64,000 bases of DNA from Octopus vulgaris (Eukaryota). Positions 12,365 through 26,479 of the stretch are shown here, piece by piece. Numbering within the stretch: the first letter of the stretch is position 1; every line of letters starts with the position of its first letter. The notes beneath the pieces are model-generated. The model was given only the letters and a program-made list of their open reading frames with translations, was not told the DNA's origin and searched no databases. The position numbers were made by a program, and so were the translations under genes. The stretch covers positions 58,466,001 to 58,530,000 of the forward strand of contig OX597821.1 in assembly GCA_951406725.2 (NCBI GenBank), written 5' to 3'.

Positions 12365-13664
12365 TATATAAAACACCCTAATGGGAGCCTTAAATCCCAA
12401 ATTTTAGTAATTTCTTTTATGATCCAAAACTTGGTCAAAAGTACTGAATGGATCTTTATGAAATTTGGAAATTATATTCTATGCATAAGGGCCATAACAC
12501 CCATGACAATTCATATATTTTTGCTGTTGATGAAATTTTAACCATAGACATTAGACACAAATGAAGTAATATCTATAAAATTTCATCTTACAAAGTTAGA
12601 AAGACCCCTCCATGGGGACTTAACAACTACAATTTTGTCATTTTATCTAAGCAAAAATGAATACAGTTGTGCTCTTGGAAGCTGTAGGGTTACCCGAGCA
12701 TAAAAGATGAGCATTATTTGTAATTCAATGGTACAACAGTGTAACAGTTTGCTTTGACATACACACTGCATAAATTGTCAAGTAAATGAGAGGCATCTTT
12801 GCCTCCACTGATTCAGTTGCAAAGTGTAGAGTAAAATTTATTTGATTGCAGACCTCCTTTCAGTCTTTTTATTATCACTCGGTCACACATAGTCCCCAGA
12901 TGGTAACATTGATTTCAAGGCCTTCCCAGATGAGTGACTGGTTATTCGAAGACATTTATAGATTTTAAATTTATTCTGTCCAGTTACGTATCAGTATAGT
13001 GGTCATTTGCAAACTACAGAGGTGACACTTTCATTTCTCCTTAGCTCTCACGTCAAACAGTTGTTAATGTTGATTTCAGTTGGGTCACGCCCTTCCAATT
13101 GCTATAGATTTGTAATGCATCTTACGGCTGTGCCTGTCACCTGGATGGTGAGGAATCCTACATTAGGAGTGGTAACGACTAGGGTAGGGTAACTGACTGC
13201 TTATTGTGATCATTCGTCTTTTGGTTTCCTGTAGCTTTGCTCTCTTTTACAAACCCAGTGAACATATATTTCCTATTTCAAAGAAATTCAAACAATAGAT
13301 ATAAGACCCAAGTTAAAAAGATTTTCAACAATTCAACTTCTCTGGTTGACATTAAGATGCCCACCCCCAACAGGGGCCTTAACTCTCACATTTTAGAGCT
13401 CCATGACCTTCATTTTTCAGGAACAAAATCTTTTTAACAAGTTAAATAAGACTGGAATTTTGGAATATGCGCATAAAAATCAGGATTATGGGATACATGT
13501 GGCACGATTACAATTTTTTAGGGTGTGTAAAGATTGAAATAACTCTCATCTGTAATTTTGATGAAATTCGAAACATAGATATTCCAGTTCATCACAGAAG
13601 ATATAACAGAAAAGTCTAATTCTCCAATTGAATGTAATCGGGTAACGCCGGGTATCTCTGCTAG
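12365..13664 (+). mobile_element. Helitron/Helentron-like non-autonomous element
   Basis: Begins in a (TA)n run with TATATAAAA. Ends ...CGGGTAACGCCGGGTATCTCTGCTAG|T, the same 3' signature as the elements at 15330 and 19612. Confidence 0.55.
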
Positions 13665-14034
13665 TTATATATAAATATAAAAAAGTAAAAGATATGCAAT
13701 AAATATAAATATGTATATAAAAGTAAAAATGTACATATATATATATATATATTCTTTCTTTTCTTTCTTTTATACTTTTACTTGTTTCGACCCGAACACT
13801 TCTTTAAAGTAATTCTATATATTTCGCAAGAAAGAACAATAATATTATTTATATACTTGCCACCATCGGGGGCACAAACACAAACACACACACAGTTTCC
13901 GTCTACCAAATTCACTCACAAGGCTTTGGTTGGCCTGAGGCTCTAGTAGAAGACCAAGGCGTCGCGTAATGGGGCTGAACCCAGAACCATGTAGTTGGTA
14001 AGCAGGCTACTTACCACACAGCCACTCATGCATA

Positions 14035-14112
<78 letters not shown>

Positions 14113-14373
14113 TGTGTGTCTGTGTGTAGTTTGACAAGTGTCAATGAACGAAACTCTCGCCCCCGAGTCACTCTGTTGCTTCTGCTAAATATTGATAAAC
14201 ACATATATGACAAGCTTTTTCAGATTCCGTCAACCAAATCTACTCACAAGGGTTTAGTCGACCCAGGGCTATAGTAGAAACACCCGCTCAAAGTGCCACG
14301 CAGCTGGACTGAACCCGGAACAGCTTACAACACAGTCACGCCTGCTTCTATTCACATATATACATGATATATA

Positions 14374-14596
14374 TTTCTTTTGCTACCCACAAGGGGCTAA
14401 ACATAGAGGGGACAAACAAGGACAGACAAACGGATTAAGTCGATTACATCGACCCAGTGCGAAACTGGTACTTTATTTATCGACCCCGAGAGGATGAAAA
14501 GCAAAGTCGACCTCGGCGGAATTTGAACTCAGAACGTAGACGAAATACTGCTAAGCATTTCGCCCGGCGTGCTAACGCTTCTGCCAGCTCGCCGCC
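14374..14596 (-). mobile_element. tRNA-derived SINE with Tx1-LINE-type 3' tail
   Basis: Head GGCGGCGAGCTGGCAGAA...GAGTTCAAATTCC (A/B boxes), conserved core, and a tail matching the LINE 3' end. Relatives at ~21195-21345, 22231-22402, 37155-37370 and 53270-53482. Confidence 0.8.
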
Positions 14597-14730
14597 TCTT
14601 GCATATAAATCTATGTGCGTATATAGACACAGTTATACATACACATACCTAGTCATGGATGGCTACACACACTAACACACACGTACACATACACGTAGTC
14701 ACACGAGTGTACACACAACCACACACATAC

Positions 14731-14770
<40 letters not shown>

Positions 14771-15289
14771 ACTCGCACGCACGCACATAATCTCCTTTCC
14801 TCTCACCCTTATTCTTCTAAGCAAACACACATCTACACACACATAGAAAGGCATGCATGCACGCAGACATAAGATTAATTCGCGGCCAAATTTCAGGGCA
14901 GACGTTGAAGAGAGAGGACAAGCTATTGAAAAGGTCGCGAAAAATAGCGACGAACGGACTTTCACGAAGAAATAAAACTTTGATTGTTTAACCAAACAAA
15001 CGATCGATTACGAAGTTGGTCAGATGTGTAACCATATCGTTATTGGCATAATGACGCTCCCAAGAATCAACAAGATGTATGTGTGTATACGTGTGTGAGT
15101 GTGTGTGCGTATGTGTATATATGTATGTGTGTGTGTGTGTATATGTATGTGTGTGTGTGTGGCAAAAACAGACCGATAGAATAAGTACTAGGCTTACAAA
15201 GAATAATCCCTAGAGTCGATTTGCTCGACTAAAGGCAGTGCTCCAGCATGGCCAAAGTCAAATGACTGTAACAAATAAAAGAATAAAAG

Positions 15290-15329
<40 letters not shown>

Positions 15330-15710
15330 CTAGCAGTGTCGCCCGGCGTTGCTCGGGTTTGTAAGGGAAATAACTATATAAGCATTTTTAGAGATGTAAA
15401 GTATAATAGCTATCTCAATATGGCTAACCACAAAGGGGGAGTGTTACTGTAGCTTTTTACATTCTGAGATTTAATAATACATTTTTAGAGAGTTACTTCC
15501 CTTATATAAACCGAGCGAAAATGCATTAAAAATGCGGAAAAAATTATGGTAATTTTTTTTTAAATCGTAAACTCATCGTAGACGTGCGCTAATACCCAGA
15601 AGGGCTCGATATGAATCACGACTATAAGATACCCGCTTTTGGTTACACTGCACCGCAAAATGAGGGAGTAGTTAGGAATCTAAATCGTAGGAGACAGACA
15701 CACAACTTCA

Positions 15711-15720
<10 letters not shown>
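15330..15720 (-). mobile_element. Helitron-like non-autonomous repeat (copy 1)
   Basis: The minus strand ends in a CCCGAGCAACGCCGGG hairpin followed by CTAG|T. Near-identical to 19612-20008. Confidence 0.65.
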
Positions 15721-16101
<381 letters not shown>

Positions 16102-16676
16102 GAAAAAACCACCTTTTATCAATTCAAAATGAACAATTAAATTACACCATCTAGAAAATTACATATAATAGAAATATTAAATATAAAATAATAATATACC
16201 GATGATTAAGTAATGTGCAAAATAATAAATAAATCGTATATATCATGAATTGATAAAAGGTGTTTTTTTTCTAATTTATATATATATATACAGTCTTTTC
16301 TGTTGCTTGACCATTAATACCTGCTATATATCTCTCTCTTGCTGCCTTCGAAACACACTGCCACACATACATAGACGCACACACACATACATGAAAGCAA
16401 TTTCTCACACTCAAACACTCTAGCACTCATTCTTAAAATAATTCAAATATAAACACCAGTCATACAGAATACATTCACACTCTTTGATTTTCCTGTACCC
16501 CCCTTCTCCTAACCGGATTCTGACCTTGAACTATCTTAACGGACATTCTCGTCTGCTTTCACCCAGCCTGGCGTCAACGCATATAGATAGACAGTTTGTG
16601 CCATTTATTCCATGGGCTCCTCGTGAGCGTTTGGGAAAAGCTTGCTGTGCATTTTGTTGGAGAATTAAGTTCCTGG

Positions 16677-16762
16677 ATTTTCCTGAAGAGAAGGCTGCAA
16701 AATGGACTCCTTATTCAATCCGAATTAGGGACTTTGCAGCCTTTGAAACATATGTAGAAAAT
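16677..16762 (+). ncRNA. Type I hammerhead ribozyme (Penelope-associated), canonical core
   Basis: Stem I ATTTTC/GAAAAT; core CTGAAGA; 12-bp stem II GAAGGCTGCAAA/TTTGCAGCCTTT; GAAA; palindromic stem III ACATATGT; GTA cleavage triplet. Confidence 0.8.
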
Positions 16763-17279
16763 AATAAAAAGGAATTTTGTTAAATCTTCGTTTCTTCCTA
16801 CACTAAATATATATATATATATTTATTACACACATGTGAGTGAGAACACTTTGAGATATTTTTGGTATCTAACATATGTCAGATACTGCGAGCGCTTCTG
16901 ATTGGTCAATCTATGGTGATGACCCGAGGTCATGGTGACAGCGCTGCTTCTGATTGGTCAATCCATGGTGATGACCCGACGTCACGGTGACGGCACTACT
17001 TTTGTCATTCATAAGTTACAACTAAACGTAAAGAATTTAGTTATTGGGTTAATAACATATGGTTGTTTATTCGTGTGTAATAAATAAAATACCAAACTCA
17101 TTCCCTATGGATACCGTATTTATTACAACTCGTTTACAAGCCACTCGTTGTAATAAATACGGTATCCATAGGGAACTCGTTTGGTATTCTCTATATATAT
17201 TCAGTCAAACTAATGCACCTGCTTGTTATTCCTGCACCTGTCTTCGTCTTTTGTTGTTTTCTGTAAATATATCCTTTTA

Positions 17280-17520
17280 TATATGTGTGCTGCAAGATTC
17301 TTGATGTGAAACCGTGCGTTGAAACAGATATTGTTGTATTTCGAGATAGTTATTTTTTCCCTCTTTTTGCCAAATAAACAGGCGCACTATATAATTCCCT
17401 TTTCACTCAATTTTTACTGTTCTTATTCTAATTTATGTTTATCGTCCGGAAATCTTTCGTCACACCTCTGTGAACTCTTCAGCGACACTTTCTGTCTTCG
17501 TGTGTACTCTTGCTCCGCTT
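17280..17520 (-). mobile_element. Penelope-like pseudo-LTR fragment with hammerhead motif (17444-17488)
   Basis: Homologous to 26930-27130. The minus strand reads CTGAAGAGTTCACAGAGGTGTGACGAAA. Confidence 0.6.
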
Positions 17521-17709
17521 TTATACATATACACACATACGCGAGTAAATATACGGGTAAAACCCTTGTGGTATGCTATATAAAGCTCGTATAAAGTCTT
17601 ACTCAAAGAAGGTGCATTTCACACCTTGAATTGGTGATAATGATTACACAACATCTCACCAATGAACAAGTGTAAAAATGTGTCGAAACAATTGTAATGT
17701 TTATAGATA

Positions 17710-17787
<78 letters not shown>

Positions 17788-18236
17788 TGTATGTATGTAT
17801 GTATGTATATATGTATGTATGTGTGTATGTATATACTTACATATATATGTATATACATATGCATATATGGGTTCAGGACGTCACAGAAGGTAAACAACAG
17901 GAAATACGAAATACGAAAATATGGAATACGAACTTTTTTGCGAACAGCGAAAGAAACAATAATATCGATAATGCCCGAAATTGCGTTTGACTCCTCTTGC
18001 TGATAACTGATGAAGAATTTGTGACCTTGTGTGTTTCCTGTTCGCCTGTGCATTTAGTATGTGTTCGTTTGTTTATTTACAATACGTTTATTTTTAATTA
18101 TATATATATAGATATGTCATATTTTCCGTTTGTTGTCTTTTTATTTAATCCTGAAGATATTATTTATGTAACGCACGCACTCATTAATCTTTTACCTATA
18201 TATATATGTGTGTGTGCGTGTGTATGTGTGCGTGTG

Positions 18237-18276
<40 letters not shown>

Positions 18277-18459
18277 CGTGTATGTGTAGTTCAAATTTAC
18301 AGAAAACAAACGACGAAGACAGGTGAAAGAACAACAAGCAGAGTTTGAAGGTTTTTTAGTTATAAAAATCGACCCCAGGACTTACTCTTTGGAACCCTAG
18401 CACTTATTCTATCGGTTTCTTTTTCCAAAACGCTTAGCTACGGGGACGTGTATATATAT

Positions 18460-18534
<75 letters not shown>

Positions 18535-19611
18535 CGTAGGAGTGACTGTGTGACAAGAAGTTTGCTACCTGGTCACTAGGTCAAATAGATTTGGACGATG
18601 GAAACTGAAAAAAGCCCGTCGTATATACGTGTTCGTGGGCCGGAGGGGGCTAGCTTCGTGCTTGTCCCAGACAACCGCTTGTTGACTTCCTTTCCATCCC
18701 CGCAACTTAGAAGTTCGACGAAATTAACCGATAGAATATGTCGAATGACTGAGACAAGTAAATGTTTTTTTTAGATATATCGTAGTAATATCTAATGTAG
18801 TTGTGGTTTACGACCAGTCAGGACGTTACCATTGGTTTCACACTTTTTATACTCTTAGCAATATAGACGTCTCCCACGGCTAAGAACGTAAAAGGCGCGA
18901 AAGCAAAGGTGACTCCCTGACCGGCCATACCAGCCACATAGTTTCGGGTTCATTCACACTGCGTGGCACCTTAGAACCTAGGGTTGGATTCAAAATTCTA
19001 CCAGGACACCTGATGAAGCCGAAATTTTGTGGTAGCAACAAACAAGATGAGGACAAATATCCGTCCAATGTAAATATTGTACAGAATTCCTCATCTCTAA
19101 AATATAGAACAATTTATGATTGTTTCAAAAATTCCATGTTGACTTAATCTTGCATCGTGTTTTTAAACGACTCCACAATTAATGATGTAGTCATATCCGT
19201 TGTACAGATACCCCGTTCATAGAAATGATCCCTCGCAACTCTACAAAAAATAATATGCTGAAGTGTTTGTCTATCGCTTAAATATAGGACATTAATCAAT
19301 GTTTATAGTGGACGGCACAGCGGTCACGTTTATAAACATGATTGAAGATAAGTCAAAATGAATTTGTAGAAATAATTGTAAACTATGAAACAAAAATAAT
19401 AACGCAAACTCCACTTTTCAGTGCTTATTACTTCTGTAACCCCTCAGAGGAAACATGACTCCTCCTTCACTCCTCTCCACCCTTCATTTATGGTTTGAGA
19501 ATAATTCTATAATTGTTGTAAACTGGAATGGAACTTACTCTCTTTCTGCTCACATCCATTCACTATTCAATGCTACTTGCTTTGCATCTTTTAGAGAGAT
19601 AGATTAGATAT

Positions 19612-20008
19612 AACTAGCAGTATCGCCCGGCGTTGCTCGGGTTTGTAAGGGAAATAACTATATAAGCATTTTTAGAGAGTTATAGCCAAAAAATAGCAAA
19701 AAAAATGCATTAAAAATGGAAAAAAAATGATGGTAAATTTTTTTTTAAATCGTTGACTCATCGTAGACATTTTTAGAGAGTTACTTCCCTTATATAATAT
19801 CGAAAAAATGCATTAAAATGGAAAAAAATGATGGTAATTTTTTTTTTAATCGTAGACTCATCGTAGACGCGCGCTAATACCCAGAAGGGCTCAATATGAA
19901 TCACGACTATAAGATACCCGGTTTTGGTTAAACTGCACCGCAAAATGTGGGAGTAGTTAGGAATCTAAATCGTAGGAGACAGACACACAACCTCTCTTTT
20001 ATATATAA
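19612..20008 (-). mobile_element. Helitron-like non-autonomous repeat (copy 2)
   Basis: Same termini as 15330-15720, plus an internal ~100-bp tandem duplication. Confidence 0.65.
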
Positions 20009-20069
20009 GGATAAACTCAAAGAGCAACTAGAAAGTGAAAGTAGTTTCTAACTTAGGATGTCTCATAGA

Positions 20070-20465
20070 TAGTGGTGGCAATGGTGTTGGAGGTGGTAGA
20101 TGTGGTTATCATGGCAGTGGTGGTGTAGTGGTGACAGTGGATGTGTATGATGGCAGAAATTATAGTGTTGGTGTTTCTGTAGAGGTGGTGGTGGTGGTGG
20201 CGGCAGTGGATGATGATGATAATGATGATGATAGTAGTAGTAGCATTGATTATGTTAGGATGTCTCATGGATGGTAGAGTTGAAGACATTGCAGAGTGTA
20301 GTGGTGGTGAAATTGGTGATTTTGAATATGATGCTGGTATTGATCTTGGGGTTGTGGTTGCAGAAGATGGTTGTGGTGGTGGCATTCGAGGTTGTAGTAA
20401 TGGTTGTAGTGGTGGTTGTGAAGATGATTCTGATATTGATAGTCTTTGCATTGAGGTGGTGGCAG
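20070..20465. repeat. Degenerate (GGT/GAT/AGT)n trinucleotide tract
   Basis: Low-complexity triplet repeats, open in several frames on both strands. Confidence 0.8.
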
Positions 20466-23435
20466 AGTCAGAGTAAATAATAAGAGCCGAGTTAACACAA
20501 GATTCTTAAATTTCGGAGATCATAAGATAGAGAGCAAGAAGTTAAAAGTTCCAATACTGGCCCAATACCTACACCCCAGATTCTTCAACTATTTTATAAG
20601 AAAGGGGTTAATGGCAGGATAGGGATTCAGCTTTAAAATAAATTGTATAACAAAAAATACATAAATAAATTACTGCTCCAACGATGTAATTTTAGTATGT
20701 GTGTATGTATGTATGTGTGTGCGTGTAAGCAATGCAAACAATGGAAAATAATTTAAACACTCATTTTCTGATGTCTAAGGATGGATATTTATGCGTATGA
20801 ATCTTTTTCTTTTTATTTTCTTTGAAATATAATTCTAGGGAACTGAAAAAGCTGTGTACGATGCCAAGCGAATTTAGCTATTTACGATGAGCGGATGTTT
20901 ACGTTACAAACGAATCTGTAGGTCTGTTTACATGTTTACGTTAACTACGTCACAAAATAGCTGTTTACGTCACAGTAACAATATTTTGAGAGGCAGTAAA
21001 TAATATGAGGTCGAAAGAAAGAATACCATTGGTTAAAATTCGAATTATTAAACAACGTTAAACTTAGAAATTACAATTCCGTTTTCATTTTGGGTTACAA
21101 TTATGTTTTCTTTTGACACATTCTACCAGTATACGAAGTTTCAAATTGTTTAGTTAACTAAGAAAATCTGGCCTTCAAACTGAAAAGATCCCAGTTACGC
21201 ACCGGGGTCGATGTAATCGACTTAATCCGTTTGTCTGCCCTTGTTTGTCCCATCTATGTTTAGCCCCTTGTGGGCAATAAAGAAATAAGAAACGTTAGCA
21301 CGCCAGGCGAAACGCTTAGCAGTATTTCGTCTGTATTTACGTTCTGCTATGTATTTTATCGAATTCAGAAGGACGGCCTCCACTGGAAGACCCTCCGAGG
21401 GAGCTTCACATTGGACAAGGTCTCCCCACTCGCAAGGTCTCTCTACTCTCAGGGTTTTCACTTTGTAAGGTTTCTCCACTGCAAGATCCCAGAACTTTCT
21501 AGAATTCGCAACCAAAATTTCCCCTAAATCACACTCTACCGTCTTAAAAAAAGAAAGATAGATTTAAACAATGTCTTAGATATATTTGAAGCAAAACGGA
21601 ATCAACACGGCTGGAACGCTGCTGATCATAGATTAGTTTGATCGGAACAGAGCTAGCATAAAGTAACAATAACAACAATTTGTGCGGGGTGGGGTTAAAA
21701 GACAAAAAAAAAATCTTACAGACTGCTTATGCCATAAGAATTTAGAAATTTTGAGAGAACGTGAGATAATTAATTTTTCATCGGTTGAACTCTATATTGA
21801 TAAAACTATAAATAATAGCATGTAAATACCACATCATTTCACGTTCTCTAGAAGCTTCTAAATCCTTACAAGGTAAGTAACATACAATTCTCATTAGTAA
21901 GAACAAAACATTTAAAATGAATGGAGAAATTCGAAGAATTATTTTGGTCCATTAGTGGAACGTCTGTCGTTTTTACGAGAATATGTAGGTTCACGTCGCC
22001 TTCGGCTTTATCTATCCAAAGGCTTTTTTTTTACCCAGTATATACACGCTATTATTAATCTTAACAGAATATGAATAAATATCAACAAGCCACCCAATCG
22101 AAATAATAATAAGCTATAGCTTATATTTGCTTGAAATGATGTCAATACATTATATACACACTTGATAACACTGTAGACTGGGGAATGAACATTAGTAAAA
22201 TAAATACTAACGCTAATAATAATAATTTATATCTTTATTGCCCACAAGAGGCTAAACACAGACGAGACAAACAAGGACAAAGGGATTAAGTCGATTACAT
22301 CGATCCCAGTGCGTAATTGGTACTTATTTAATCGACCCAGAAAGGATGAAAGGCAAAGTCGACCTTGGTGGAATTTGAACTCAGAACGTAGCGGCAGACG
22401 AAATAATAATAATTATTATTATCATTGCCTTTCCACGGCTGACCAAAGACTGAAATAAGTGAAAGATAGACGATAAAAGAAACAGCATTCGTGAGTACGT
22501 ATACATTATTCTTGTCACGCCAGTCTCTTTTCATGTTACATGGAGACAACAAATATCCCCGCAAATTAGAGATAGTAAAAGTTCCTACTGAGAAAAGCAT
22601 TTAAATTTTCCTCTTATCCGTGATTACGAATATATTATCTTTGTCACGCTTAAACATTTTGATGTTACATAGGCACACAGATACAAAATGTGTTGATGTC
22701 CACACAGATACAAAATACTTCTGGTAAAATTCCTATTTAGAAGGGCATTTAGACTCTCCTCTTTTTACAATTAATTATCTGTAATTATAAATACATTGGG
22801 TTTTTTCTTTTCACGTTTGCAAATTTTGATATGCACAGACACAACGAATGCCGACTGAAATACAAAACATAAGATTTTTTAGAAGATAATTTACTCCAGG
22901 AATTTTAAACATGGTCTGCGGCAGCAATATACGAAGATGCAATAATTTCGGGAGAATGCCAATGATTTCATAGCTCATGCAAACAAAATTGTTTTTAAAA
23001 TTATTCAAAACTTGCAGCAACCGATTTCGGAATGTAACTGATTACAGAACAAAGCTAAAGCACCGCATTGAAGGGTCAGAGAACCGAGATAAATTACCCC
23101 AAGTGGGGTAAAAATTAAATACTTCGGGGTAATGAGGACTAATTAGACATCCTTGTTACAACAGAATTTTTTCTCCCGGCAACACTGCATCTGTCCAATG
23201 TAAAGGACGTGTAAATAGATTCATATGCAGTAATTTCTCGCCATATCGCGGCTCACCTATTGCGGTTTATTATTTAAGCTTACATCGATTCCTCCAAGGT
23301 GTTGTTTTACATTTATAATAAAATAAATATATACAAATTATAAAAATAATAATAAAAAAACATACAGTACAGCACTGTTTCTACTTCGCGGATTTTCACC
23401 TATCGTTGGGGGTTTTGGAACGTAACCCCCGCGAT

Positions 23436-23739
23436 CAGTGGCGGACTGGGTATAAAGATATTGGTTGCCAGGAGACTAAGGAGGCCCACCCGCAACAACA
23501 AGGGGGTCCACCCGCACAAGGGGGCCACCCGCAAATACAATGCTATCATTTTTTTTCAACTGTCTACAAACACAGCCAGGCTGAAATAATTAATGCATTC
23601 TTCCAGGAGTGAATAAAAAATTCTCAACCTTGAGGGCTGGGCCCCTTAGATACTAACATGGGCCCCCATGTATGGATTCTAATGGCGCAGGGGCTCACTT
23701 GCCATCGGGCAAGCTGGCAACCTGGCCAGTCCGCCACTA
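23436..23739. mobile_element. hAT-type MITE nested in a pogo/Tigger-like end
   Basis: TIRs CAGTGGCGGACTGG / CCAGTCCGCCACTA; 8-bp TSD CCCGCGAT (23428-23435 / 23740-23747). Confidence 0.8.
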
Positions 23740-24500
23740 CCCGCGATAGTCGAGGGATTACTGTAAATAGATTCAATAAACCTTTTGAATTCAAAGAATC
23801 TATGATTCTCTTTTCAAATCAAAGGGGTAACGTTGGCGTAAATCAATATATTTTGGGGTAATTGGTTAAAAAAAGTTCTCCGACCCCTAGGTTAGTCGAA
23901 TCGAGCCCAGTGCTTACTTTTTAGTTTGATACTTATTCAATTAGTCTTTCTTTTAATGAACCGCGACTTTACAGGGACGTAAACAAACCAAACCCGGTCG
24001 TCAAGCGATGGTGGAAGACAAACACGGAGACGAAGACACACGCGTGCACATATACACGACAGGCTTCCACATAGATTCTGTCTACTAAATTCATTTGCAA
24101 GGAATCAGTCGGCTCGGGACTATAGTAAAAGGCACATGCCCAAGGTGTCACGCAGTGGGATCGAACTCAAAACCACGTGATTGGAAAGCAAGCTTCTTAA
24201 CTATATAGTCACAACGAATGCCAACACAGATACGAAGCGTAAATGGTGAAATTCTAATTTAGAAGATAATTCAGATGAGGAATGTCAAACACACGATCTG
24301 CAGCAGTCGTGTGAAAGAATGCTATAATTACGGAAGAATGTAAATGATTTCATAGTCCGTAGCTGTGTTGGAAGAAGTTTGCTTCCTAACCATATGGTTC
24401 CGGATTCAGTCCCACTGTGTGACACTTTGGGCTAGTGTCTTCTACTGTAGCCTCGGGTCGATCAAAGTGGATTTGGTTGACGGAAACTGAAAGAAGCCTG

Positions 24501-24543
<43 letters not shown>

Positions 24544-24796
24544 AGCAAGACACTTTATTTCACGTTGCTCCAGTTCACTCAGCTGTAGAAATGAGTTGCG
24601 ACGTCACAGGTGCCAAGCTGTATCGGCCCTTGCCTTTCCCTTGGACAACATCGGTGACGTGGAGAGGGGAGGCCGGTATGCATGGGCGACTGCTGGTCTT
24701 CCATAAAACAACCTTGCCCAGACTTGTGCCTCAGAGGGTAACTCTCTAGGTGCAAACCCATGGTCAGTGTCTGACCGAAGGGGGTCAAATAATAAG

Positions 24797-24847
<51 letters not shown>

Positions 24848-24851
<4 letters not shown>

Positions 24852-25742
24852 GTAAATCCTCGAGTATAGTCCGCCCTTTAGTATAATACGCAGGAGATTT
24901 TTAGGAGGCTGTACCTCTGAAAAACCTAAACCGTGTGTATAAATACGCATCCCCTTCTCTAACTATATAGGAGTTCTATATAACGTCCTTGGTTTGTAAA
25001 AATGTACACGGTAACGTCCTTTATTGTTATTATATATATATAACATAATGCAAACGTAGCTTTTTTGTACATTTTGTTTGCAGAAAATAAAGAAATAACA
25101 GTAATAACGTCAGTGAAAAATAAATATTAAGTAAATTGCCTTTACATATTTATCACTATCAGTTACAAAAAGTAAAAACATTTATTCAAATCCTTCAAAT
25201 TCAACGTCACTTTCAGCATCAAATAACTGTTCTACTTGTTCCTCTGTAAACATGTCAGCATCATTGTAGTGTAATTCTCCGTCATCGTCAGATTCATAGT
25301 CAAAATCAGAAGATTCACTTTCATTCATTTCATCTTTCCATGCAACGTCATCCTGAGTACCATCCAGTGCAGACGATATACAACATTTGATAAAACTTTT
25401 CACAATAATCTGGGGATCAAGTTCATTCCATGCATACACGATCCATTTGCATATCAAAGTCAGGTCGGTAGCGCGAACCTTTCCACCATTAGTGAACGAC
25501 TTTTATCCACTCGACATCCTTTCAGTCCATAAATCACTTTATGACTTTATTGCTTTCAGGCTTAGCTTAAGGTATTTTCGCGCCCGACATCACAAAATGC
25601 GTCTGAATAAACATTGCCGGACAGCAAATAGAAATTCGGACATTGCTTAGAAAATATTTTTCATTTTTAACCTCGTATATAGTACGCACTAGGGATTTTG
25701 ACCTTTAAATTTTGGGGGAAAATGCGGATTATACTCGAGGAT

Positions 25743-25745
<3 letters not shown>
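24848..25745 (-). mobile_element. pogo/Tigger-like DNA transposon deletion derivative
   Basis: TIRs TACCGTAAATCCTCGAGTATAGTCCGC / GCGGATTATACTCGAGGATT inside (TA)n. Remnant AWNELDPQIIVKSFIKCCISSALDGTQDD is typical of a pogo DDE C-terminus. Confidence 0.8.
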
Positions 25746-25823
<78 letters not shown>

Positions 25824-26479
25824 GTGTGTGTATATACACACACGCACACATATTTATATATAAATCTACGAAGTGGACAAATATATGTACCAGTCAATAT
25901 ATGTCAAGTCACTCTTACTGCTACTGGTAACTTGTAAGTTGGTACAACTTGCCACGTGGTTGGAGCAGCGGCGACTTAATCGGCGAACTTATCGAGTTGG
26001 CTTGGTAATGTGAGTGGTTTTTGTCAGAGACCTAGCAAGACAGAAATCAAGATATGTCAAAAGGCGGCTGAACTCAGTTTAGTCAACAACCATCCATCAT
26101 TTTGGAGTGAAAGATACTTCATCTTTGATTAGCCATTTCTTTCGTGGAAGGAAAACTGATGTAACGCCTGCGATTTTGTTTGCAATCAATGATGTAGACA
26201 AGTTTTTTTTTTATTGAAGGGGGCTGGGGAAAATATATTCGTTGTTTGGAGAATGTGCAAGACCTTTCTTCATTTTAAAAGTTTCAAGTACAGGCAACAT
26301 TTCAGTTAGCATTTTTGCTATGCGTTGCATATGTTGCATACTATGGCTGGCCGTAACCGAAACAGGGAAAACACTCAAAAGAAAAACTTCATGACGGAAT
26401 GACAGCATGTATCAACGTGGGTGGTCAGCTCTCTGAACACCTGCTGCAAGAAGTGCCCATCATTGCCACATCCTATACA

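Noticed and set aside
18000-18185. CTGATGA (18007) and CTGAAGA (~18150) as further hammerheads
   Set aside because: No downstream GAAA with pairing stems could be found.
20035-20498. Overlapping Gly/Asp-, His/Thr- and Val-rich ORFs
   Set aside because: Degenerate trinucleotide repeat open in several frames, with no splice or domain evidence.
20920-21035. TTACGTCAC repeats and CCATTGG as a promoter of another gene
   Set aside because: No associated exon or transcript evidence is visible. Short motifs alone are insufficient.
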